64,000 bases of DNA from the NCBI GenBank assembly GCA_964016885.1, contig OZ024747.1:49972001-50036000 (forward strand). The letters are read 5' to 3'. Within the stretch, counting starts at the first letter, position 1, and each line of letters opens with the position of its first letter. Shown piece after piece: positions 1-14,112 of the stretch. The notes under the pieces are model-generated. The model was not told where the DNA came from, ran no database searches, and saw only the letters and a list, made by a program, of their open reading frames with translations. The position numbers were made by a program, and so were the translations under genes. This DNA is from Eledone cirrhosa (taxonomy: Eukaryota).

Positions 1-1201
1 AATCATCATCATCATTTAACGTCTATCTTCCATGCTAGCATGGGTTAGACGAGAGTTGTCCCACTTGAGACAAGATTGGTCGGGTTACTGTGTCTCCCTC
101 GTATAGGACTATCTGGCAGGTTTTCAGTGTGGACTGGGAGGTTTTTACTGTGTTACCTACACGGTCACATTACAGCGTGGACTGTGTGTTTTTTTTTTGT
201 CATGACACCTACACGATCTCGATCTTGATCTAATTATCTCATTAGTTTGAACTGAATGTTGTGATACCAACATAACTTTACAGAGAAAGGGTGGTGTTAG
301 TGGGAGTGGGAGGATAGAGTAGGGGTAGTGGGTTGGGGTGTATATTTGGTTAAGAGGTGCCTACTGACGGCCGGTCTTCTGTATTGCTGTGTGGTGCCAA
401 AGATCTCGATCCAGTGACATTGTCTTAGAGGGGTGCAAGTATTTAATTTTGGAATTCATCAAATCATCCCAGGTTTTTCTGGGTCTACCTACTCCGTAAC
501 TTCCATCAATTTTGATCGCCATGCACTTTTTTATACAGCTGTCGTCTTTCATGCGCATCACGTGACCATATCAATGTATTCTTCTCTCAAGTAAACAGCA
601 CCTGATCCCTCTTATTCCTAATTTCTCACTTAGTTCATTTATGCTTTGCCGTTCACGTATATTACTATTACACATCCAACGGAGCATGCAAGCTTCGTTC
701 CTCACCAGTCTGCGTAGATCCTCTGCACACAAGGCCCATGTCTCACTGCTATGTAGCATCGCTGTTCATATACATGCATCATATGTAGCATTGCTGTTCA
801 TATACATGCATCATACAATCTGCCTTTCATTTTTAGAGAGAAACCTTTTGTGGCCAACAGTGATATAAGCTTTCTGAACTTTTTCCATCCCATTCTAACT
901 CTGGCTACTGTACTTTCAGAGCACCCTCCACCACTGCTGATTTTGTCACCCAGGTAACGCAGTGTCCACTATTTCTATAGAACCATCTAGCCGATAGAAG
1001 GAGCTAGTGTCCTGTGGGCACTTGCTACTTATTGCACCTGGGCATCAGCCACATATAAAATCTACGTTCTTAGATAGCTTACCTGTGATCCCACTACATC
1101 TTTTATGTACCCATAGTTTGCATATGGGACATAAAATGGAATTTCTACCTACTCCTTTCTTACACACTAAGCATGGCCATTTCCCAGAGGGCACCTGTGC
1201 C
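1..1201 (-). mobile_element. RTE-clade LINE, decayed 3' fragment with (GAT)n tail, cut at 1201 by a hAT transposon
   Basis: Minus-strand ORF pieces (MLHSSETWALCAEDLRRL..., GVGRPRKTWDDL) are colinear with the intact copy at 26562-28033. (TCA)n at 3-15 is the tail. Homology stops at gcacctgtgcc (1201). Confidence 0.9.
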
Positions 1202-3508
1202 CAGGGCCGGATTAAAACCCTTAGAGGCCATAAGCGCTAAAAGATTTTGGTGCCCCCATACATTTTTAGATCAAAACATAAACAATAATATATGGTAAAT
1301 TAAAGTTTTATTTATTGAAATTTAAAAATAAAGTAAAACATACAGAAAGAGAGAAAATAATTTTATTTATTGAATAATTTGTTCCTGCTTTTTTTTTTTG
1401 CAAAGTCTTTGATCAGATCCTCGTAACCAATCTTACGTAACACATCTGCTTCTATACACAATAGGGATAAAGCATCCAGTCTGTATTGTTGCATGGTTTT
1501 TCTGAAGGGATTTTTAATATATTTCAACCGTGAAAATGAACGCTCTGCTGAGCAGTTAGTAACCATTAATGTTAAAAATATACGAAAGGCTATGTCTACA
1601 TTTGGAAAGGCACACTCAATATTGTCTTTTACAATAATTTTATAAAGTTCAGCATGATTAAATCTTGTTTTTACATTTTCTGTTCTAATCATCTTATTTC
1701 GCACATATAAATGAAACTGCTGAAGCTCAGCTGAGAAATTACTATTGAATTCCTCTGGATAAGCATCAATCAACTTTTGACAGTACTGAGAATACCTTTC
1801 AATATTAGTAGCTGATGGAGTGCCTATATTTGGCACATCACTAAGAAAAGAAAATTTCTCTGCCATTCCTTTGTATATCTCTACTCTTCTTTCCATCTCA
1901 GCTGCAAGTTTGTCAACAATTGTGTAAAATGTGGTGATACGAAACTTATCTCTGGCATCTAAATAAACTTCTGCTGTGTCTCCGTCATTGGCTACTTTTT
2001 TTCTAATACGTTTGCGAGTTGCAGTTGTCCTGTAATCAACATCTGGAAGAATTTCCTTGGCCTCTTTTTCATATCTTTCAAATTCATCTCGTGAGTTGGT
2101 CAGCTAATGATACATAGAGATCTTCACATGTCTTTAAGTTCGCATCCTCATTTTGTAGAACTTTGCTTACTCTTTGAAAATTCTGCAAAATCTCATTCCA
2201 AAAAATCAACATAAAAACGAATTCTAGCTCTTGCATCTTATCAACAATATTATTTGCTTCTCTTCTAGCGTCTCCCTTTTGTGATTGATCTTCGGCTATA
2301 TATTCTAATGCCTCGGAAATCTCAGGGAACGATTTCAAGATTGCTGCTGTTGCCATAGCATGTGCTTTCTATCTTGTATCAGAGAGGGATTTCAAGACAC
2401 ATTCATTCTTAATACAATCTTTGAGAATTTTCCAACGGTTAGTGGAAGCGGAAAAAAATTATAGAGTAAGAGTACTGTAGAGAAAAAATTAACAGCCTCT
2501 TGACAGCAGTCAACAGCACTCCGGCCAACAAGATTTAATGAATGAGCTGCACAGGGCACATATATAGCAAATTTGTTTGTTTCTAAAATCTTTTGCTGCA
2601 TCCCCTTATAACGCCCAGACATGTTAGCAACATTGTCATAAGTTTGACTCCTACATTTTGAAACATTTAACCCACAAGCTTCACGTAAATGCAGCAGCAC
2701 CTGGTTCGCCATATTCTCACCAGTGTAGTTTTCTATTATGATGAAGGTTAAAAATCGTTCAATAGGCTGTCCATCTTGTAAATACCTAAGTACAACACTC
2801 AATTGATCGCTATGTGATAAATCTGGTGTTGAATCAACGGACAAACTAAAATAACCAGAAGATTTAACTTCGTTAATAATGAACTCACGGAACTTTTGTG
2901 CCATTAGTTGTTTTTGACATGTAAGAAGGATTTCCTTTTCCAGAATTTCCATATTTAGAAACGTGGCCTGCTAAAAATGGATCAAAGTGGCTTATGAGTT
3001 CAAGGAGCCCTAAAAAATTCCCATTTTGCAACGATCCAAACTTCTCTTCACTTCCTCGAAAAGGCAAGCCACATTTAGCTAACGTACAAATAACAGCTAC
3101 GACACGCCTCAAAACATGTTCTCAGTAATTGCACTCTTCATGAATTTGTTTCTCCAAATCTGACTTTAACCCCGCACCTTGCCTGCGAGTTAAATATGCC
3201 AGCAAAGAGTCTCTGTGAATAATGCTTTTGTCATGCTTTTCAATTACAACAGTATTGCGCCAATCACTGAACCCTTCTCTTGAAACAAAAATTGAATTTT
3301 TTTCACGAGCAAACAGTTGACAAACAAAACAATAAACTGATCCACCATTGGCTTTTGTCCCAATAAAAAGTTTCTGTGAGCAATACCTTACTGGTTTGCC
3401 ACTACTAAAATGACGGCAAGACTTTTCAAATGGCCCGTTGTGGTGTTGACAAATACTGGGTTCACAAGTAATCCAATAAGCTATATCATTAGCAGAGAAA
3501 TCAAGCCA
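1202..3508 (-). mobile_element. hAT DNA transposon (Tip100/ZMYM1-like), one TIR present, 5' end missing
   Basis: CAGGGCCGGATTAA terminus at 1202 sits exactly at the RTE breakpoint. Transposase remnants follow on the minus strand. Confidence 0.85.
1363..3505 (-). pseudogene. Frameshifted hAT transposase (TTF-type Zn finger, DUF4371-like, RNase-H DDE, hATC dimerisation domain)
   Basis: Motifs VYCFVCQLF..GFSDW, LPFRG..GNFLGLLEL, FSLSVDSTPD..DQLSVVLRY, QTYDNVANMSG, YVPCAAHSLNL, VTNCSAERSFSRLKYIK are split over 5 ORFs. Confidence 0.9.
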
Positions 3509-3720
3509 CACCAACCTCATTTACAGTGAGTGCTGGGTGCCTTTTTTGCGTGGCACCTCCACGGCCACTTTGCAGTGGAATGATATGGACCCCAGTCCCT
3601 ATCATCTCATTTCTACAGCTGAGTAAACTGGAGCAATGTGAAATAAAGTGTCTTGCTCAAGGAAACAACACATCAACCGGTCTGAGAATTGAACTCACAA
3701 CCTTTCGATTGCAAGGCCAA
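3509..3720 (-). mobile_element. tRNA-derived SINE (same family as 12180-12512)
   Basis: Reverse complement closely matches 12200-12420, including B-box-like GAGTTCAATTCTC and the CTTGAGCAAGACACTTTATTTCAC core. Confidence 0.8.
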
Positions 3721-3785
3721 AATTATTTTTACGAAATTATTTGTTTACGAAATTTAGTAGATAAATTATGTAATATTCATTCATT

Positions 3786-3865
3786 AATCCCGCCGAGGTT
3801 AACTTTGCCTTTCATCCTTACGGGGTCGATAAAATAAAGTACCAGTAATGTACTGGGTAATTGCT
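3786..3865 (+). mobile_element. SINE fragment (family of 20098-20281)
   Basis: aatcccgccgaggttaactttgcctttcatccttacggggtcgataaaataaagtaccag is nearly identical to 20176-20255. Confidence 0.8.
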
Positions 3866-4487
3866 GTGTGTCGGTTGTGTCTGTGTGTGTGCGTGTATTT
3901 GTATGTGTGTGTGTGTCACTGTGTGTAGTGTGTATGTGTATGTGTGTGTGTCAGTGTGTATGTGTGTGTGTGTGTATGTGTATATGTGTGTCAGTGTGTG
4001 TGTGTGTGTGTGTGTCTGTGTATGTGTGTGTTTGTGTGTGTCAGTGTGTATATGTATGTGTGTGTCAGTGTGTATGTGTATGTGTGTGTGTCAGTGTGTG
4101 TGTGTATGTATGTGTATATGTGTGAGTGTCAGTGTGTGTGTGTGTGTGCATGTGTATGTGTGTGTCAGTGTGTATATGTATGTGTGTGTGTCAGTGTGTG
4201 TGTGTATGTATGTGTATATGTGTGAGTGTCAGTGTGTGTGTGTGTATGTGTATGTCAGTGTGTATATGTATGTGTGTGTCAGTGTGTATGTGTATGTGTG
4301 AGTGTCAGTGTGTGTGTATGTATGTGTATATGTGTGAGTGTCAGTGTGTGTGTGTGTATGTGTATGTCAGTGTGTATATGTATGTGTGTGTCAGTGTGTA
4401 TGTGTATGTGTGAGTGTCAGTGTGTGTGTGTGTGTATGTATGTGTATATGTGTGAGTGTCAGTGTGTGTGTGTATATGTGTGAGTGT

Positions 4488-4537
<50 letters not shown>

Positions 4538-4681
4538 GTGTGTCAGTGTGTATATGTATGTGTGTCAGGGTGTATGTGTATGTGTGTGTGTCAGGGTGTA
4601 TGTGTATGTGTGTGTGTCAGTGTGTGTGTGTATGTGTGTGTATATGTGTGTGTGTATGTGTGTGTGTGTGTATGAGTGTGT

Positions 4682-4731
<50 letters not shown>

Positions 4732-4823
4732 GTGTGTCAGGGTGTATGTGTATGTGTGTGTGTCAGTGTGTGTGTGTGTATGTGTATGTGTGTGTGTATG
4801 TATGTGTATATGTGTGAGTGTCA

Positions 4824-4855
<32 letters not shown>

Positions 4856-4878
4856 GTGTGTGTATGTGTATGTCAGTG
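3866..4878. repeat. Compound (TG)n/(TATG)/(TCAG) microsatellite
   Basis: Read directly from the sequence. Confidence 0.95.
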
Positions 4879-5074
4879 TTCATGAGAACAAGTCTGCGAT
4901 GAGATTCTTTTGGAATCAAAATGGAATTCCTCCTGTTAAACTATAAAGTACCAGTCATGCACTGAGGGCAATTTAATTGACTTTCGCCTTCACTTCAAAT
5001 TGCTGGTCTTGTGCCAAATGTAGAAACAGTGGGATTCCTAGAATCGGCAGAGCGTCAGCCAGTTTTCACTAATT

Positions 5075-5432
5075 TCTACATTCCTTCACCCTTTCCATTT
5101 CCCCTCTCCCCTTCTTTCTCCTCTTCCCCCTTCCTTCTTTCACATTCTTTCTCCTCTTCCCCCTTATTTCCCCCTCTTGCTTCCCTATCCCCCTTTCCTC
5201 CTCTTCCCCTTCTTTCCCCCACTTCCCCCGTTTTCCCCTTCTTTCCTCCTTCTTTCTCCCCTTCCCCCCTTTCCCATTCTTTCCCCTCTCTCTGTCTTGC
5301 CCCCTCTTTCTCCCCCCTTCCTTTCTTTCCTCCTCTTTCTCCCCCTCCCGTTTCCCCCTCTCCCCTTCTATCCCCCTGTCCCCTTCTTTCTCCTCTTTCT
5401 CCCTCCTCCCTTTCCCTCTCTTTTTCCTCTCT
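5075..5432. repeat. Polypyrimidine (C/T) low-complexity tract
   Basis: Read directly from the sequence. Confidence 0.9.
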
Positions 5433-6307
5433 AACGTTGTTTAAATCCTACCGAGGTCAACTTTGCTTTTCCTCCTCCTAGGGTCAATAAAATGAAGTAC
5501 CAGATAAGTAGGGAACGATATAATCAACTTTGTCCTCCTCCCGTATTGCTGGCCTTCTACTAACTAATATTACAAAGCTTTATTTCTTTTAATTATTGAA
5601 AGATTTTAAGAGTAATTAGGCAAAACAGAGTTGTCTCCCTTATTAATTTACTATTCTCCGAGACAGTCTGACATAGAGTAATATACATTTACTGTTTTAA
5701 GTAGATATAGAGGCGGTGGTGGTGAAGGGCTTAATGAGGGATGGTTCTATTGTCTTCTGTGTCCTTCACGTTGCCAGTGTCTGGCAACAATTAGCTTTAT
5801 ATACAACTGCATAACCCCCTGAAAGCATTAATTACTTCAATTAAAAAATGTATATCTATTAAAAAAAAAAAATAATAATATCATAACAGGTAAGTAGAAA
5901 GAATAAATAACTATATAAATATATAAAGTAAATATAATATAAGTAAATAAAATATAAGTAAATAAAATATAAAAAAATTGAGATAACTTATATATATATA
6001 TATGTATACACAGTTCAAGAGTAACCAATCTTAAAGAGAGAGATTGAGATAGTAGAGGAGATATGAGAGGAAAGATTGGTGAGTTAGTTAGAAGCCAAAG
6101 CGTAAAGGCATGTGCTCAATGTGCAATATGCAGTAGAAAGCAGCTAGGTGGCTGGGTTCATGCAGAAGTTAGGTGCGCAGAGCTGGAAATATTCATTAGT
6201 TAAGCAAAACAAGACCACAAATTTCACAAGGAAGACATTATTAAAAGATTGTCAACATATTTAGTTTGATGTAAGGAATGTAGAGAATAATAATAATAAT
6301 AATAATA

Positions 6308-6494
6308 ATTGTTTCTACTTTAGGCACAAGACCAGCAATTACCCAGTGCATTACTGGTACTTTATTTTATCGACCCCGTAAGGATGAAAGGCAAAGTCAA
6401 CCTCGGCGGGATTTGAACTCAGATCGTAAAGGGACGTAACTATGCTGGAAAGCATGGCGTCCGACCCTCTACCAATACTGCCAATCCACCGCCG
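6308..6494 (-). mobile_element. tRNA-derived SINE, near full length (family of 20098-20281)
   Basis: Reverse complement has A-box-like TGGCAGTATTGGTAGAG and B-box GAGTTCAAATCC, with an (ATT)n tail at 6286-6310. Confidence 0.85.
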
Positions 6495-6592
6495 TTTACA
6501 ATTGTTTCGCTACTCCGTATAATGTTATATATATACACGTGGAGAAATATATATAAAGGAGAACAAACCGTTAAAACATGTTTATTTAAAAT

Positions 6593-7292
<700 letters not shown>

Positions 7293-7399
7293 AGCCGGTT
7301 ATAGAAAGAGGTGAGAGTTCTGGCCATAGCCTGTTTAAATGCTAAAGGGTTAAACAGCAGAAGTATATATTAGTTGTATGTGTGTGATGAAGACAGCCA

Positions 7400-7967
7400 A
7401 GCAACACAGGTCCAGCAGTCAGAGTCAACCAACAAGACCTGGAAGAAGTCGATCAGTTCACCTATCTGGGCAGCATCCTGGCAAACAATGGCAACACAGA
7501 GCTTGACATCAACTGTCGCATTGGCAAAGGAGCCGCGGTTTTCCAGCGGTTGCAACCAGTCTGGTCGTCTTAATGCATCAGCACCTGAATTAAGCTGTGC
7601 ATGTACAAGAGCATCGTGCTGCCGAGAGTGCTTTACATGAGCGAAACCTGGAATAGCATTCATTGCAAAGATAGAGAGATGGCTGAATGCAGTGCCTGCG
7701 AAGGATCATTTGTGTGTCATGGCACGACTGAGTGTAAAATGAAGAAATCCTGCGGAGAGTCGAGTTGTGGACACTACAGAGGATGCTTACGGAGTGCCGG
7801 TGCCACCTGGCTGGCCATATTCTGCGCCTGCCTGGAGGCAAAAGACCTGATGGCAGCCAACATCGCTTGACACAGATGCGGAAAAGCCACTGCTGATTGT
7901 GAATGTTGTTGATTAAACACTTTGATGTGCCGAAAGGTGTGGAAGAACCTATGAACTAAGAACTAAG
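7400..7967 (+). mobile_element. Decayed 3' fragment of a second RTE-clade LINE
   Basis: Translates as LEEVDQFTYLGSIL..DINCRIGKGAAVFQRLQPVW..MYKSIVLPRVLYMSETW..TWLAI, and ends in (AACTAAG)2. Confidence 0.75.
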
Positions 7968-8122
7968 ATAGAATAGAAGTAACTGAGACTGTGTGAATGT
8001 GTATATATATATTTACACATTTTTACTATATAGACATGTAAACACACCAAATATATGTATTTCTCTGCAAAATTGGCTGATTGCTTGACCAACCAACACG
8101 TTTTATTTGGAATAATATATAT

Positions 8123-9567
8123 AGTTGGTGTTCATCAGGGCTCCGGCCTTAGCCCCCTACTATTTAGTATTGCCCTTCAGGCTATAACAGAGGAGTTCAA
8201 GACCGGCTGCCCATGAGAACTCCTATACGCAGATGATCTAACGCTCATAGCTGAATCAATGGCTGAACTAGAGAAGAAATTCCAAACATGGAAGCATGGC
8301 CTAGAATCAAAAGGTCTTAAAATTAACCTGTCTAAGACTAAAGTTCTAGTTTGTAGGAAGGAAAATAGGGCACTGGTCCCATCTGGGAAATGGCTATGCT
8401 CAGTGTGTAGGAAAGGAGTAGGCAGAAACTCCATTTTATGTCCCAAATGCAAAGTATGGGTGCATAAAAGATGTAGTGGGATCACAGGTAAGCTAACTAA
8501 GAATATAGATTTTATATGTGGCCGGTGCTCAGGCGCAATAAGTAGAAGCAAGTGCCCACAGAATACTAGCTCATTCCATTGCACATATGGTTCTATAGAA
8601 AGAGTGGACACCTTCCGTTACCTGGGCGACAAAATCAGCAGTGGTGGAGGGTGCTCTGAAAGTACAGTAGCTAGAGTCAGAACGCGATGGAAAAAGTTCA
8701 GAGAGCTTATACCACTATTGGCCGCTAAAGGGTTCTCTCTAAAAAGCAGGCTGTATGATGCCTGCATACGAACAGCAATGTTACATGGCAGTGAGACATG
8801 GGCATTGTGTGCAGAGGATATATGCAGACTGGAGAGGATCGAAGCTTGCATGCTCCATTGGATGTGTAATAGTAATATACGTGAACGGCAAAGCATAAAT
8901 GAACTAAGGGAGAAATTAGAAATAAGAGGAATCAGATGTTGTTTACTCGAGAGAAGACTACGTTGGTATGGTCACGTGATGTGCATGAAAGACGACAGCT
9001 GTATAAAAAAGTGCAGGGCGATAAAAATAGACGGTAGCCACGGGGTAGGCAGACCCAGAAAAACCTGGGACGACTTGATAAATTCCGACCTCACACACTT
9101 ACACCTCTCAAAGACAATATCACTGGACCGAGATCTTTGGCGGTACTCAGTAATAGAGAAGACCCGCCTTGCCTAAGTACAAAGCAAAACCTACTACAGT
9201 CAGTAGGCACCTCTAACAAAATACACCCCCGTCCCACTACCCCCACCCCAATCCACACCGCCCCTTTCAATGTAAAGTTATGTTGGTGCCACAACATCCA
9301 GTCCTAAACAAATGAGGTCGTGTAGGTGTCACGACAAAAAAACACACAGTCCACGCTGTAATGCGGCCGTGTAGATAACACGGTAAAAACCTCCCAATCC
9401 ACACTGTAAACGTGGTTGGTGTTAGGAAGGGCATCCAGCCGTAGAAAACCCGCCAGACAGTCCTATACGAGCAAGACAACCAATCTTGCCTCAAGTGGGA
9501 AAATTCCCGTCCAAACCCATGCGAGTGTGGAATATGGACGTTAAACGATGATGATGATGATGATGAT
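8123..9567 (+). mobile_element. RTE-clade LINE, 5'-truncated, with (GAT)n tail, inserted in a TA run
   Basis: GVHQGS.LSPLLF, ELLYADDL, Cys finger, YLGD, HGSETW, GRPRKTW motifs. Highly similar to 26975-28427. Confidence 0.95.
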
Positions 9568-11347
9568 ATATATATATAAATAAATATAAATATCAGGTGC
9601 CGTGATAAAATGTATACTAACTATAACTCATTCAACTGTTATGTTAAAATGCTCCTGGTAAAACCTGTAAGGTGGTTGGTGTTAGGAAGGGTATCCAACT
9701 GTATAAAATTTGAAAATATGGAACATATGAGAAAAGTAAGTTTCTGTGCTCTGTCTAATCTCAGACCATCACAACCTGTTTAATGCATTCCTGCATGGAA
9801 GGGGAATGTGAAATGATGGTGGTGGTGGTGATGATGATGGTGATGATGGTGATGGTGATGGTGATGATGATGATGGGGAAAGAACAAACAAAGAATACTA
9901 AATAATGTTAAAGTGTTCCAACATTTCTTGGTTTCTTGGAGTAAATAATCAGAAATAAGGAAATAAAAACTGATTAATGATAAATGTAAACTTTAATTAC
10001 AGAAATTTAATGAGCTTTTATTTGTTGTGTTTTTTTAAATTTATTTATATTTTTCATTTAATTGTTTTTATTGTAATTTTTTAAACTTTTAAACATTATG
10101 TTCAACTGAAAAGTAATGGCGGGATATTTATTTCTGCTTAGTTGGAATGTGTCTGTGTGTGTATGTATGTGTGTGTGTATGTGAGTATGTATGTGTGTGT
10201 ATATGTGTGTGTGTGTCTGTGTGTGTATGTGTGTCTGTGTATGTGTGTCTGTGCGTGTGTGTCTGTGTGTGTGTGTCTGTGTGTGACTCTGTGTATCTCT
10301 ATGTGTGTGTGAGTGTCTGTGTATGTGTGTGTGTATATGTATGTGTATGTGTGTGTCTGTCTGAGTGTGTGTCTGTGTGTATGTGTGTGTGTGCATGGTG
10401 GCTCTGTCTGTTTGTGAGGTGTTTGTTGTCCTGGAATATGGCATGTCTTGAGTATTTCTAATACCTGGTGGTCATCATTCCTCCCCAGATCTGAACAGAG
10501 AGAGAGAGAGAGAAATTGTCCCCAGTACTTGACTGGTACTTTATCAAACTTGAAATGACAAAAGATAAAGTTGACCAAACTGTTGGATCTGTAATAAAAA
10601 ACTGTTAATTTTAAAGTGTTTGTATTTATCTTTTTTAAATGTAAGAAACTTTGTTGAGTTATATTCCAAACACCAGCTTAATAACAAAAAAGTTAATTAT
10701 ATTGCTACATTCCTCCAAATACTTAATTATTTTCAAAATTAATTAAAAATTATAGGCAATATATGTCATTAGAAATATAACAATGAAAGAGTTAATACAG
10801 TTTTTATATGATCATCGATGAAATAGAGGAATAGGGACTTCATTAATCTAGTTTATTGTAAAGATAGAACTGTAAAAATAATCTAAAGTAAATATAAGGT
10901 GAATGTATTTTGTCATGTTTTGAGCATAAGCTTTTCTCCAAATAGTAGAGAAGAGATTATAAAAGAAAGGAAAGACATCATATTAGCATGGCTTGCTGCT
11001 AACAACACATAGCCTTTTACTTTTTCTTTCTTATTTTTCTTTTCTATCATGAAAAGGGACTTATGCTTGAAATATTGATAATTTGTTTTTCTTTTCAAAC
11101 TGGAAAATATTTTTTTATTTTAAACTTATTTTAGACTATATTTTATTCTATTGGATTACTTCTTGCCAATGTTGACCTCTTGCCAATGTTGACCTCTTGC
11201 CAATGTTGGGTCATATTCTGGCTGTTATCCTCTTCTGATATTTGATATTTTACATTATACAGGCAGTTTATGTGTTTGTACATGTATGTGGGGTTGGGTG
11301 TGTCTACTAGGCACTGAAACTTATGAATGTAAAAACAAAGTATTTAA

Positions 11348-11554
11348 CTCTTTAGCATTCACATTACTCTATATATACTATTGTATTTTCATGGTAAAGG
11401 CTTTATCTCACATAATATCGAATCTATGAGATTTTGAAAGTATTTATTTTGAGAACAATACCTTAACATCAGTTTGAGCGACCAGTTACAACCAGTTTCA
11501 ACAGAAAGAGTTAGAGAATTCTGGCCGGCTTTGGCCAGTTTGAACATTAAAGGG
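11348..11554. mobile_element. piggyBac-type MITE (TTAA TSD, CCCTTTAGCATT-like TIRs)
   Basis: TTAA|CTCTTTAGCATT ... AACATTAAAGGG|TTAA. Partial related copies at 12897-12992 (5' end) and ~7300-7353 (3' end AATGCTAAAGGG|TTAA). Confidence 0.7.
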
Positions 11555-11646
11555 TTAAAATCTGTTCATCAGGCTACAGCTTATCAGAATTTCATTGATG
11601 TGGAGTGACTGAGAGTACAAGACTTCTGAGAGAGAGAGGGGGATAG

Positions 11647-11735
<89 letters not shown>

Positions 11736-12179
11736 AGGTTGTTAGAGAGGGAGATAGAGAGAGGTAGGTTCATGCTTCAGTAGTTTGTGATTAATTTATT
11801 TATTTATTTATTTTATTTCTATTAAACTCACATGACAATTGAAGCTTCATTTGTAAAGAATTACAAAACATCAGATATGGCAGGATATAGAGTGGTTAAA
11901 CTGGTTTCAATCTCTTTTTTTTTTTTCATTTTGCTTTTATGATGACAAAAGGATATTTTCATATTTTCTTTTCTTCTCTAATCCTGTAAATCCCAAAGAT
12001 TCAACAACTATCTTCATTGTTGTGTTGTTAGATTACAATTGTTCTGTAATATAGCATCTGATGATCAGATAAAACTGAAACATATACAACACTGAACACT
12101 TTCACTACGATACTTTCATCATTTCAATCATTTTAAAAGGCTTTCTTCCATATCTATTATAATTATTATGTGAAGATAT

Positions 12180-12512
12180 GGAGGCACATGGCTTAGCGAT
12201 TAGAGCATTGGCTTTGCAATTGAAAGGTTGTGAGTTCAATTCTCAGACTGGGTAATGTGTTGTTTCCTTGAGCAAGACACTTTATTTCACATTGCTCCAG
12301 TTTACTCAGCTGTAGAAATGAGATGATAGGGGCTGGGGTCAATATAATTCCACTACAAAGTGGTCGTGGAGGTGCCACAGCAAAAAAGCACCCAGCACTC
12401 ACTGTAAATGAGGTTGGTGTTAGGAAGGGCATCCAGCTGTAGAAATCAAGCCAGAATCAGTTCCCGTCCCACTCTTGCAAGCAGGGAAAAGCGGACGAAA
12501 ATGATGATGATG
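12180..12512 (+). mobile_element. tRNA-derived SINE with RTE-derived 3' tail
   Basis: A-box-like TGGCTTAGCGATTAGAG and B-box-like GAGTTCAATTC. The 3' end cccgtcccactcttgcaagcagggaaaagcggacgaaaatgatgatg matches the RTE ends at 16889-16976 and 19671-19725. Confidence 0.85.
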
Positions 12513-12595
12513 TGGCTTAATGGTTAGAGTGTTCAACTAACAATTGTAAAGTTGGGAGTTTGATTCTCAGTGGCATCTTATATCTTACTGGGTGA

Positions 12596-12730
12596 GTTAC
12601 GTCCCTTTACAGACTGAGTTCAAATCCCGCCGAGGTTAACTTTGCCTTTCATCCTTACAGGGTCGATAAAATAAAGTACCAGTAATGTACTGGGTAATTG
12701 CTGGCCTTGTGCCAAAAGTAGAAACAATTA
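12596..12730 (+). mobile_element. SINE fragment (family of 20098-20281)
   Basis: Direct similarity to 20148-20281. Confidence 0.8.
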
Positions 12731-12994
12731 TTTCACATTGCTTCTGTCTATTCTGATAGCAAAAATGAGTTGTACTTGTAATTCAAAGGGCTAGCCTTGT
12801 AACAACATTTGTTTGTAAATTTCATGTGCAGGCTGTTCTATTAATCAAACAACTGGAAACACTCATTACAACTGATTGATGTCTAATACGTAATTATTAA
12901 CCCTTTAACATTTACATTACTCTATATTCACTATTGTATTTTCATGGAAAAGGCTTTACCTCATATAATTATCTCACATAATATCGAATCTACG

Positions 12995-13200
12995 AGGCAA
13001 GTGGATTGGCAGAAGTGTTAGAGTGTTAGACAAAATACCTTGTGGTAGTGTTTGTTCTGACACTTTACATTCTATGTTCAAATCCCATCAATGTCAGTAT
13101 TACTTTTCATCCTTCTTGGGTCAATAAAATAAAGTACTGGTGTTGATTTAAATCAACTAACGCCTTCCCCACCAAAGTTATAAATTAGAAACAATGATTA
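12995..13200 (+). mobile_element. Older SINE copy (same superfamily as 20098-20281)
   Basis: gtggattggcagaagtgttagag head, gttcaaatccc B box, tttcatccttcttgggtcaataaaataaagtac core. Confidence 0.65.
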
Positions 13201-13274
13201 TTATACAGCAACAATAAAACTGAAAAAACTATTCCAGCTGTCACTGACAATTGAGTATGACTTGATAGTAACTA

Positions 13275-13888
13275 CCATGCTACACTGCCCAGCCGTAACC
13301 GACCTGTGGAACTATGCAGAACAACTGCTGACGCGTATGGGACAAATCCAGTTGACTGCCAAGTTCATAGTAAGAATAAAACCGCCAACTTCTTTCAAAA
13401 ACGAAAGAGAGGCGGTTTTCCTCTGTATAATGGCTATGGTAAAAGAGGTTATATGGTGGACGAGATTGAGAGGACTGAGGACAGATGCCTTTCTCTCCGA
13501 ACAACAACTCATTCCCTTCTTTAGATACCATTTTAGAAGGAGAATCAGAGTGGAGAGAGAGGCACTGCACCCCAGTAAATTTACTGAAAGGTGGTTGAAT
13601 GTGGCAAAAATGGCCCGAGTGATTGGGCCTTCTCTGTTTATAAACCTGTAGGTTGAAGAAGAGAGCAAAAGGTAGAAAGGAACACTTGCACAACACGCTC
13701 CTGAAGTTGAGGGTTGTTCTATCGACGGGGTATTAAACAACCCATTTGTGGCGCCTCCCCACTATTGGGGATTTCGATTGTTATAATTGTTTGTTTCAAT
13801 ATTTTTACACGACTGTATGTAAAATCCCTGGCATGTGTCTTTGTATTGTCCCCTTTTCTTGTGCGCCCTTGTGGCAAATAAAGAAATC
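13275..13888 (+). mobile_element. Tx1/L1-clade LINE 3' fragment (ORF2 C-terminus and 3' UTR)
   Basis: LHCP..LW...KEVIWWTR...FTERW matches the L1/Tx1 C-terminal pattern. Ends at GGCAAATAAAGAAAT. Confidence 0.65.
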
Positions 13889-14112
13889 TATCATTAAGGT
13901 TTTAGGTATCTATGCAGTCATGAGCAGACACAAATGCCCCCATGACCCCCACTCTTTTGAGCCAATATTTCTTTTGACCTTGGAACAATGAAAGACTTAG
14001 TTGACCTCAGCAGAATTTGAAATCCAAATGTTAAGAATCTGAACAAAATACAACCAAAAAAGTCTGACACTCTAACAAATCATACATTCTTTTAAACTTT
14101 TACCTGTTTCAG

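Noticed and set aside
3861-4902. Cys/Val-rich ORFs (also 10058-10461, 16989-17384, 54658-55214, 61329-61996)
   Set aside because: These are translations of TG/TA/CA microsatellites.
11161-11208. 17-bp triplication TCTTGCCAATGTTGACC
   Set aside because: Ordinary local slippage with no further structure.
12054-12092. CTGATGA...GAAAC hammerhead-like spacing
   Set aside because: No stem III closure or NUH site (ACATATAC), and no stem I.
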